Assembly (NCBI GenBank): GCA_016840095.1
Contig: JAEOSZ010000040.1
Coordinates: 32,001-96,000 of the forward strand
Reading direction: 5' to 3'
Length of the DNA stretch: 64,000 nucleotides
Source of the DNA: Candidatus Heimdallarchaeota archaeon
Lineage (GTDB): Archaea > Asgardarchaeota > Heimdallarchaeia > Heimdallarchaeales > Heimdallarchaeaceae
Shown: piece after piece, positions 36,628 to 44,437 of the stretch
How positions within the stretch are numbered: position 1 is the first letter of the stretch
How the letters are laid out: the number at the start of each line of letters is the position of its first letter
Position numbers and translations under genes: made by a program
Notes under the pieces: model-generated
The model's input: the letters and a program-made list of their open reading frames with translations, nothing else
Databases searched by the model: none
Told to the model about the DNA's origin: nothing

Positions 36628-37815
36628 TTATCTGAATAACCACATTTTGGTCCATTTATACTCCTTGATAATAGAGTATAAGATTTGAAGATTCAACAAT
36701 TCACCATTAATTCCATTTGCCATTATAACTGCCCCTTGACCAGTAACTGGATTTGCAATCATCAGACAAGTAGCTCCTGGCAAATTTGTACCAGGATGAG
36801 TTATTAGTAGCTTATCTTCTTCTTCAATCAAAAAGATTCCCAATCCTTGACTTGTAAAACCAAAGTATTTCGCTGGATCTAGTTTTAGTTGTGAAGAGAG
36901 CATCTCTTTTGTCATTCCATGTGATAATAGTTTATTTGATCTACCATGAAATGAGTTCATAAGTTCAACTAAGAATAAGCATAGTTCAGTTGGTGTAGTA
37001 AGAATTCCTCCTTGACCTAAAGCTGTTGGATGTAAGCCAGATTCTCTGGCTATACCTTGATCATCATGAGGGACAATAGATTTACTTTTTAATTCTCCAG
37101 AAGGAAATTCGAACGTACTATTTATCATATTAAGAGGATTAAAAATTACGTCTTTGATGATCTTAGGGAAAGAACTATCTTCCAAATCTTCTAGGAGTTT
37201 TTGTATTATGATGTATCCGAAATTTGAATAGTTGTGCTCTTTACCAGGTAAGGAATTAACTTCGACAGCATCATTGATAGCAGGTGATACACCATTCAAA
37301 ACTTGTTCAATTGTAGGAATTTTGCTATCTTCAACGCCGAACATAGAATCAGGACGATTTATACCTGAAGTATGTGTTAACAAATGTCTAAGAGTTATTC
37401 TATTTTTTTGAGTAAAATCATTAGTTGGAATCTTCCAGGTTTTGAGATATTGGTTAACATCACTATCTAGAGAAATAAGTTCCCTATCTATTAAGTTAAG
37501 AATCGCAACAGAAGTGAAAGTTTTAGAAGTTGAACAACCTTCAAATAGAGTATCTAAGGTTACTTTCTCATTTGTTCTAACGTCTTTAATACCATAACAG
37601 GCAGACCACTCAATTTCGAAGTTGTTGATAACTGATATACTTATACCAGGTACCTTTAACTCCTGCATTCTCTCTTCTAATTCACTAGTATTTTCCCAAA
37701 CAGGTAAAGGCATTCCTGTTTGCATATCCAATAAAGGAATTTCATTAACAATAGTTTCAAAATGTTTCTTAGCAGATTGTTTGTCTTTATTATAAATTTC
37801 TAATTCATTTTTCAT
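36628..37815 (-). CDS. Serine hydrolase, beta-lactamase/AmpC-like family
   Basis: STSK (SxxK), LLTHTSG, YSN, HPG. Confidence 0.88.
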   Translation of the reverse strand: MKNELEIYNKDKQSAKKHFETIVNEIPLLDMQTGMPLPVWENTSELEERMQELKVPGISISVINNFEIEWSACYGIKDVRTNEKVTLDTLFEGCSTSKTFTSVAILNLIDRELISLDSDVNQYLKTWKIPTNDFTQKNRITLRHLLTHTSGINRPDSMFGVEDSKIPTIEQVLNGVSPAINDAVEVNSLPGKEHNYSNFGYIIIQKLLEDLEDSSFPKIIKDVIFNPLNMINSTFEFPSGELKSKSIVPHDDQGIARESGLHPTALGQGGILTTPTELCLFLVELMNSFHGRSNKLLSHGMTKEMLSSQLKLDPAKYFGFTSQGLGIFLIEEEDKLLITHPGTNLPGATCLMIANPVTGQGAVIMANGINGELLNLQILYSIIKEYKWTKMWLFR

Positions 37816-37954
37816 TTTAGCACTTCTTGTTAAGTTTTATAATGAGTAGTATCAAGCCAGCTTATGAAGTGTTCTGATAAAAAGAATTATAAAAAACTAT
37901 GTAAATACTCAGCAGAATATTTAATGTAAAAAAGTAAAAATAGAAAAGAGTATG

Positions 37955-40246
37955 TTACTCTTTCTTTAGCAATTTTTGCATAACTTTGCTATTTCTTGCA
38001 AACTTGACAACAATCCAAATACAGATACCTAGTGCTGCAGCTCCAACAAGAATAACAACAACTAGCCAAACCCATTCATTAGCAATTCCTTCAAGCTTGA
38101 ATAAGGTATCACTAAGAACACCTTCTCCAGAATTTATCTTAGATAGTAAGCCCATGAATATAGAAGCAGTTAGAGACATAACAACTAGAAGTGTGTTAAT
38201 GCTTGGTCCTGCAGTATCCTTGAATGGATCACCAACAGTATCACCAGTGATAGCAGCATGATGAGTATCAGTACCTTTACCACCAAGATTACCATCTTCG
38301 ATCCATTTTTTTGCATTATCCCAACTTCCACCAGCATTTGACATGAATATAGCGAAGACAAATCCTGATAGAATTGCTCCTGCTAGAAATGCTCCTAGTG
38401 CTGCTACTCCAAAGAATATACCTACTATTAGAGGTATAACTATTGAAATTACGCTTGGTAAAACTAGTTCTCTTAGAGCACCTTTTGTAGCAATTTCAAT
38501 TGTTCTATTGAAATCAGCTGGTACTTTACCTTCTAATATACCTGGTTCCTCTTCAAATTGTCTTCTGATTTCTAGAACCATTTTGGCTGCATTTCTTTGA
38601 ACTGACAAGATCAGCAATGCTGAGAATAGAGCAGGTACTACTACACCTACGAAAGCACCAATCAAAACTTTAACATTAAGAAGATCAATTACTGCGATTC
38701 CTGCTTCTTGAACAAAAGAGAACAGAAGTGCTAATACAGCTAGGTTAGCTGCTCCAATTGCAAATCCTTTGGTAATTGCTTTTGCAGTGTTTCCAGCTGA
38801 ATCTAAAGCATCAGCCTTTCTGATAATGTCTTCACCCAGTCCTCCTTGTTCAGCAATTGCTCTAGAATTATCAACAATAGGTCCATATGCATCATTTGAT
38901 ACAATTGTTCCAACAATTGCTAGCATACCTACTGCAGCCATAGCTACACCAAACACTCCGTCAAGAATGAAAGATACTGACATTGCTACAATAATTCCTA
39001 CTGCAGGTAGAACAACGCTTTGTAAACCATAAGCAAATCCTGAGAGAATTACAACTGCATGTCCTTCTTCAGCTGAATGAGCGATTTCTCTGGTTGGTTT
39101 CTTATCTTCTCTAGTGTAATAATCACTAGTCCATCCAATTACCACTCCACTCAATAAACCGAGAACAACTGCAATATAGTCTTTCCAATATTTCCAAGTT
39201 GCAACTTTGATTTCAGAACCAGTTAAACTCTCTGGGATCTGTGAAACCATTATTGCTACAATTACTGCTGCTAGTCCAGCAAATATTGCTGTTGAAATGT
39301 ATGTTCCCATATTTAATGATTTACCTGGATTGTCTCCACCAAAGTATTTGATTAAGAAGATACCAATTAGTGAAGCAATTAAACCTGCTGCTGAGAGAAG
39401 GATTGGTAAGATAACAAAATCTGGACGAACACCAGCTGCTGCAAGAACAGTGGTTCCTAAGATCATAGCCGCTACAATAGAAGCTACATAAGAATCCAGT
39501 AAATCGCTACCCATACCTGCAATATCACCAACATTGTCACCAACATTGTCAGCGATAGTTGCTGGGTTACGAACGTCATCTTCAGGTAAGTCGTATTCTG
39601 CTTTACCTACTAGATCTGCACCTACATCTGCTGTTTTGGTATAAATACCTCCTCCACATTTCATGAACAAGGCTATTCCAGAAGCTCCAAAGCTGAACCC
39701 TAGTACAATTTGAGTTGCAAATTGCAATGCTTCTGCATCTGGATTGTTACCTGCAAATATCCAGTAGATTCCACCTACACCAATCAATGCAACACCAACA
39801 ACGGCGAGTCCCATTACTGATCCTCCAAAGAAGGCTATATCGAATCCTTCCTTGATGCCTTTTGTTACTCCTTGTGCTGCTCTTGTATTGGTCTTTACTC
39901 CAACAATTAATCCTAACCATCCTGCAAACATTGATGCTAATGACCCAACTAGGTAAGCTACTGCTTGTTGCCAATTGAGTGTTCCAGCTAAAACTGGTAC
40001 TTCATGTCCAGTCATTGCGGAAGGTAAGAATAAGAGTATAACTAAGAACAGAACTAAAATGAATATTCCTAAAACCAAATATTGGACCTTTAGAAAGCTT
40101 TTAGCTCCTGTTTCAATATAACCGGAAACCTCTATCATTTTTTCGTTTCCACGGTCTTTTCTCATTACAATTACTGTGAAATAGATCGCTGCTAAAATTG
40201 ATATGACTCCGGTTATTAAAGCTATAAGTAATAATATATTAGCCAT
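37955..40246 (-). CDS. hppA: Membrane-bound ion-translocating pyrophosphatase (probably K+-independent H+-PPase)
   Basis: GGGIYTKTADVGADLVGK, DNVGDNVGD, GNTAKA (Lys at the K+-dependence position), GDTVGDPFKDTAGP. Confidence 0.95.
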   Translation of the reverse strand: MANILLLIALITGVISILAAIYFTVIVMRKDRGNEKMIEVSGYIETGAKSFLKVQYLVLGIFILVLFLVILLFLPSAMTGHEVPVLAGTLNWQQAVAYLVGSLASMFAGWLGLIVGVKTNTRAAQGVTKGIKEGFDIAFFGGSVMGLAVVGVALIGVGGIYWIFAGNNPDAEALQFATQIVLGFSFGASGIALFMKCGGGIYTKTADVGADLVGKAEYDLPEDDVRNPATIADNVGDNVGDIAGMGSDLLDSYVASIVAAMILGTTVLAAAGVRPDFVILPILLSAAGLIASLIGIFLIKYFGGDNPGKSLNMGTYISTAIFAGLAAVIVAIMVSQIPESLTGSEIKVATWKYWKDYIAVVLGLLSGVVIGWTSDYYTREDKKPTREIAHSAEEGHAVVILSGFAYGLQSVVLPAVGIIVAMSVSFILDGVFGVAMAAVGMLAIVGTIVSNDAYGPIVDNSRAIAEQGGLGEDIIRKADALDSAGNTAKAITKGFAIGAANLAVLALLFSFVQEAGIAVIDLLNVKVLIGAFVGVVVPALFSALLILSVQRNAAKMVLEIRRQFEEEPGILEGKVPADFNRTIEIATKGALRELVLPSVISIVIPLIVGIFFGVAALGAFLAGAILSGFVFAIFMSNAGGSWDNAKKWIEDGNLGGKGTDTHHAAITGDTVGDPFKDTAGPSINTLLVVMSLTASIFMGLLSKINSGEGVLSDTLFKLEGIANEWVWLVVVILVGAAALGICIWIVVKFARNSKVMQKLLKKE

Positions 40247-40341
40247 TATTTTTCACTCTTTTAATTTTAGCTAGTTTTTGAAAAAATACGTATTATTTAA
40301 AACTTACGAACTGGATTTAGTAAGAAAAAAGTGAGAAAGTG

Positions 40342-41670
40342 CTATTTCTCATCATTATAAGTTGGAATATAAACCTTAGAATTTTCTCCATTTATTTGAC
40401 CTCTTTTTAGTTTACCTATCTTCCAATCTCGTCTAAACAGAAAGAAAGCCAATACTGTAGAAGCTGCAGCCAAAACTAGCAGAAATACAAACGACCATTT
40501 GAATGTGGAATTATCTAGAATCCATCCAAAGAACCATGGAAATACACCTGCTAATGCACTTGGGATAGCAAAGAGAAATCCTAAAGCTAAAGACCTAGAT
40601 TTTTGTGGAACATTTTCAGAGACATATTTCGTGGTTGCTGCTGCAGAAAAATAGAGAAAAGCTATAAATATGAAGAATAGAGCAATAGCTCCTTTTCCAG
40701 AAACAACATCACCCAGGACTACTAGTAATAATAGCATAACTGTAGATCCAGCTGCGGAAATTATCATTGTCAGACTAGTAGCTACTTTGTCACTGAGCAA
40801 TCCTCCAGCAATTGACGTAAAACCTCCAATTACTAGAATGACTGTGGTTATCCATCCTGCTTCGAAAATGTTGAATCCATAATTATCTACAAAGATGATA
40901 GATAGAAACTGATTTGTGATTCTGAAGATTCCAGATCTGAAAACAGAGAAGAATAGACAGATCATTATTATAATTGTTAGAACAACAAGGAGCTCTTTTT
41001 TCACCCAATTGGTGAATTTCTTTTCTCGTTTGAGATTCTTGTTTTGTGCCATTTCTTCAATTTCTTCAGGAGTTCGTTTGTATGAGATCATGAAATGAAA
41101 TAGAACAAACATCAAAAGAGCTAGTATGATTGCTACAATTCCAAATACAATGAAAGCTTTTTCCCACCCTATCCACTCATCGAAAGTAACTATTACTACA
41201 GGAGTAATTGATGTACCAATCATTCCTAAAGCTGTGTTCATCCCCATGGCAATACCTTTCTTGTTTTCAAATAAATCAGCTATAGAAGCATAAGCAACTG
41301 GATGATAAAAGGATGCCCCAAATCCAGTTAGTATTGCTGCAAAGATTAATCCTCTTAAACTCTGTGAGTAAGAAACAATGAACATACTCGCCCCCATTAG
41401 TAACACTCCTAGAGGAACAAATGTGTTTTTACTTCTTAACCACCTATCACCAATTATTCCCACAAGAATGCTGAAAACAGCAAAAACAACTATTTGTGCT
41501 GTACCAACTAAACCAACTTGTGCGTTAGTTAAAGCTATATCCTCTCGAATGATAAATAATGAAGCTCCGAGAACATAGGCATAGAAGTGATTTAAGAAGT
41601 GACCAAAAATCAAAGCTGACAAAGCAACTATAGGAGATTTACTACTAACTTCTGGCATTGAAAAAATCAA
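40342..41670 (-). CDS. MFS transporter
   Basis: About 12 TM helices, GIIGDRW motif A, GASFYHP, GGLLSDK. Confidence 0.9.
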   Translation of the reverse strand: MIFSMPEVSSKSPIVALSALIFGHFLNHFYAYVLGASLFIIREDIALTNAQVGLVGTAQIVVFAVFSILVGIIGDRWLRSKNTFVPLGVLLMGASMFIVSYSQSLRGLIFAAILTGFGASFYHPVAYASIADLFENKKGIAMGMNTALGMIGTSITPVVIVTFDEWIGWEKAFIVFGIVAIILALLMFVLFHFMISYKRTPEEIEEMAQNKNLKREKKFTNWVKKELLVVLTIIIMICLFFSVFRSGIFRITNQFLSIIFVDNYGFNIFEAGWITTVILVIGGFTSIAGGLLSDKVATSLTMIISAAGSTVMLLLLVVLGDVVSGKGAIALFFIFIAFLYFSAAATTKYVSENVPQKSRSLALGFLFAIPSALAGVFPWFFGWILDNSTFKWSFVFLLVLAAASTVLAFFLFRRDWKIGKLKRGQINGENSKVYIPTYNDEK

Positions 41671-41740
41671 TAATTGACTACGTTAAAAAGTTTCTTGTAA
41701 AGACTGATACGATTGGAGATGTGAAATCTACCAATTCGAC

Positions 41741-41857
41741 TTAAGGTTTCTGAAGAGCCATTCTAGCTTCAACTCGACGAATTTCTTTCTCTGTGATTTC
41801 CTTAGCTGAAAGTTCTTTAGTCTTTTTTTTCGAAGACTTACTTTTTTTAGACTTCAT
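41741..41857 (-). CDS. Small basic hypothetical protein (38 aa), not in the ORF track
   Basis: MKSKKSKSSKKKTKELSAKEITEKEIRRVEARMALQKP. TATA-like TATATAAG ends 23 nt upstream of the ATG. Confidence 0.5.
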   Translation of the reverse strand: MKSKKSKSSKKKTKELSAKEITEKEIRRVEARMALQKP

Positions 41858-41948
41858 TGCTTATACATAGATAGTTCTGACTTATATACATTTCATTTCA
41901 AATCAAGTAATAAGTAAGTTTATAGGTGATTTATGCAGATAATTAGAT

Positions 41949-42503
41949 GTGAATAAAAAAGCTGAATATGTCTTCAAGATTACTTTGATTGGAAATGGAG
42001 CAGTAGGAAAAACCAGCATCAGGAATAGCTACATGGGGTATGGTTTTTCACATTCTCATCAGATGACTTTGGGAGCAGACTTCAGCGTAATTGAGAAAGA
42101 ACTATACCCAGATGAGATCTGGCGATTTCAAATCTGGGATTTAGCAGGACAGCCAATTTTCAAAGAGGTTAGAGGAAGATTTTACAATGGAAGTATGGGA
42201 GCTTTAGTTGTTTTTGATATTACTAACAAGAAAACTTTGAAAGATTGTACAATTTGGATTAGAGAACTCTTCAAATATTGCGGTCAGGCTGTTGTTCCTA
42301 TTGTCTTACTTGCAAATAAAACCGATTTAAGAACCAGAAAAAGTGTAAGTATGAAAGAAGCGCAAAAGTTCGTTGATATTCTAAATAAGGGAACTAGAAA
42401 CTTTGGAGTGGAGAATATAGTCCTTGAAACAAGTGCAAAAACGGGTCTTAATATTGATGAAGCTTTCAAAAAATTAGGTACTGCAATACGCACAAGATTT
42501 TAA
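41949..42503 (+). CDS. Rab-like small GTPase
   Basis: G1 GNGAVGKT, G2 MTLGADF, G3 WDLAGQ, FYNGSMGALVVFDIT, G4 NKTD, G5 ETSAK. Confidence 0.92.
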   Translation: MNKKAEYVFKITLIGNGAVGKTSIRNSYMGYGFSHSHQMTLGADFSVIEKELYPDEIWRFQIWDLAGQPIFKEVRGRFYNGSMGALVVFDITNKKTLKDCTIWIRELFKYCGQAVVPIVLLANKTDLRTRKSVSMKEAQKFVDILNKGTRNFGVENIVLETSAKTGLNIDEAFKKLGTAIRTRF

Positions 42504-42549
42504 AACTGTAATATGATAATACTTTTGAAAAGAAAAAATTATGTTATAA

Positions 42550-43125
42550 TTGTTAGTGGTTAATATCATGAAATTCAAAGTGCTGATTGTTGGGGATTAT
42601 GGAGTAGGAAAAACATCTCTTTTTCGTCAGATTGAGAAATCTATTCCTGGTGCAGAACAAAAACCTTCGATAAGATTAGAATTGATAGAATTTACAAGAA
42701 TGATCGAAGGTCAAGAAATCATCGTCAATCTGTATGATATCCCCGGTAGAGAACTATCGAATGAGCATAGATCCAAGCACTACCTTAACACTAACGGAGC
42801 ATTAGTTGTTTATGATATTACTAGCCCTCATAGTTTTAGACATACTCCTTTTTGGATTGAAGAATTAATGAATTACTCTGGTTTTGGGCATATCCCTGTA
42901 ATAATTGTTGGGAACAAAGCTGATATGAGAGAAGTTAGTCAAAGAACTTTGAATCCTATCGATGCAAAAGAATATGCATTCCGATTAAACAGAACTGCTA
43001 AGAGAAGTAACATAGAGAATCATTTTGTAGAAGTATCTGCAAAGAGCGCTAAAGGTTTATCACAAATGATAGATAAGTTGATTGTTTCTATGATCAATCA
43101 TAAAAAATTCATCGATAACAAATAA
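42550..43125 (+). CDS. Rab-like small GTPase, divergent switch motifs
   Basis: G1 GDYGVGKT, G3 YDIPGR, GALVVYDIT, G4 NKAD, G5 EVSAK. Confidence 0.88.
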   Translation: MLVVNIMKFKVLIVGDYGVGKTSLFRQIEKSIPGAEQKPSIRLELIEFTRMIEGQEIIVNLYDIPGRELSNEHRSKHYLNTNGALVVYDITSPHSFRHTPFWIEELMNYSGFGHIPVIIVGNKADMREVSQRTLNPIDAKEYAFRLNRTAKRSNIENHFVEVSAKSAKGLSQMIDKLIVSMINHKKFIDNK

Positions 43126-43144
43126 CAACTTTTTTTGAGAAAAC

Positions 43145-43150
43145 TATAAA
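43145..43150 (+). promoter_or_regulatory. Archaeal TATA box, probable leaderless transcript
   Basis: TATAAA preceded by purine-rich GAGAAAAC (BRE-like), ending 24 nt before ATG 43175. Confidence 0.55.
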
Positions 43151-43174
43151 GCCACATTTGTTCATTTCTAATTT

Positions 43175-44320
43175 ATGAGTTCAGATTATATTGCTAAGGT
43201 TAGAGAAGAATCACCCACAATACAGAAGAAAACCTTCCTAAACCATGCTGCACGTTGTCCTCTTCATGGTAGGGTTGCTGAAGCTATAGACAAATACAAA
43301 GAATGTTGGGGTAAATTCGATTTTGAGGAGACAAACCAGAAAAAGCAAGATGCTATTGTCAAATTTAGCCAACTAATCAATGCATCTGAAGATGAAATTC
43401 TCTTTACTCCTGATGTTACTGCAGGTTCTAGACTAGCAGCAAATCTTATCGAATATGACAAGAATAGTAATATTGTTTGCTACTGGAATGACTATGTTGC
43501 TCAAGTTTATCAGGCACTCTTCCTAAGAAAAACAAAAGGGATAGATTACAGACCAGTTCCTGATAGAAAGAATAAAGTTCTTCCTGAAGAATTTGCTGAA
43601 AAGATTGATGAAAATACTAAACTAGTTCTACTTTCTCATGTTCAATGGTTATCTGGATTCAAAGCAGATGTTGAAGAAATAGCCAAAATTGCTCATGAAA
43701 ACGGGGCTCTTATTGTTGTAGATTCCATTCAATCATCTGGAGCAATGGTTAATGATGTGAAAAAGTGGGATATTGACTTTTTAACTTGTGGGACAGCTAA
43801 ATGGCTACTTGGACCGAACCAAGCTGGCTGGTTTTATATGAAAAAAGAATTAATACATGAGTTTAATCCACCTTTTGCTGGTTATCACGGAATAGAAATA
43901 GGTAATTGGGATGAACCTTATTGGAATGTGAATGAGATGGTTTATGTTGATTCCATTGCCAAATATATGGATACTAATCCAAGTGATTTTCTATATTCTA
44001 TTGCAGATAGTGGAATGAGTATAATTCTTGATTATGGCATAAAAAAAGCAGAAAAACAGATACTTAAAATAACTGAATACCTAATAGAGGAACTACAAAA
44101 GATTGGCTGTAATGACTTTTTAACACCTTTAGACGCTGAAAATAGATCAGGAGTAATAAATGTAAAAATACCAAATAATGTAGAAATCTCTAAAAAATTG
44201 AGAGAGAATAATATCATTTTATCCAGTAGGTATGGTGGTTTAAGAATTAGCCCTCATTTCTATAGTATAGAAGAAGATGTTGATAATCTAATTTCAGGAC
44301 TTAAGAAACTTTTAGAATAG
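43175..44320 (+). CDS. PLP-dependent aminotransferase class V (cysteine desulfurase/lyase-like)
   Basis: FLNHAA, LSHVQWLSG, VDSIQSSG, TAKWLLGP, LRISPHFYS. Confidence 0.88.
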   Translation: MSSDYIAKVREESPTIQKKTFLNHAARCPLHGRVAEAIDKYKECWGKFDFEETNQKKQDAIVKFSQLINASEDEILFTPDVTAGSRLAANLIEYDKNSNIVCYWNDYVAQVYQALFLRKTKGIDYRPVPDRKNKVLPEEFAEKIDENTKLVLLSHVQWLSGFKADVEEIAKIAHENGALIVVDSIQSSGAMVNDVKKWDIDFLTCGTAKWLLGPNQAGWFYMKKELIHEFNPPFAGYHGIEIGNWDEPYWNVNEMVYVDSIAKYMDTNPSDFLYSIADSGMSIILDYGIKKAEKQILKITEYLIEELQKIGCNDFLTPLDAENRSGVINVKIPNNVEISKKLRENNIILSSRYGGLRISPHFYSIEEDVDNLISGLKKLLE

Positions 44321-44389
44321 TCCTATTTTTTCTTGTTTTTTTCATGTCGCTCAAACAAAACTTTTAAACCCACTAGTAAATTCAAATTG

Positions 44390-44410
44390 TAAAGTTACAT
44401 AAAGTTACAT
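44390..44410 (+). repeat. Tandem 10-bp repeat (taaagttaca x2) upstream of the P-type ATPase
   Basis: taaagttaca taaagttaca t, lying between a TTTTAAA box and the AAGGTG SD-like sequence. Confidence 0.6.
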
Positions 44411-44437
44411 TTAGATTCATTCTAAAAAGGTGTAGAC

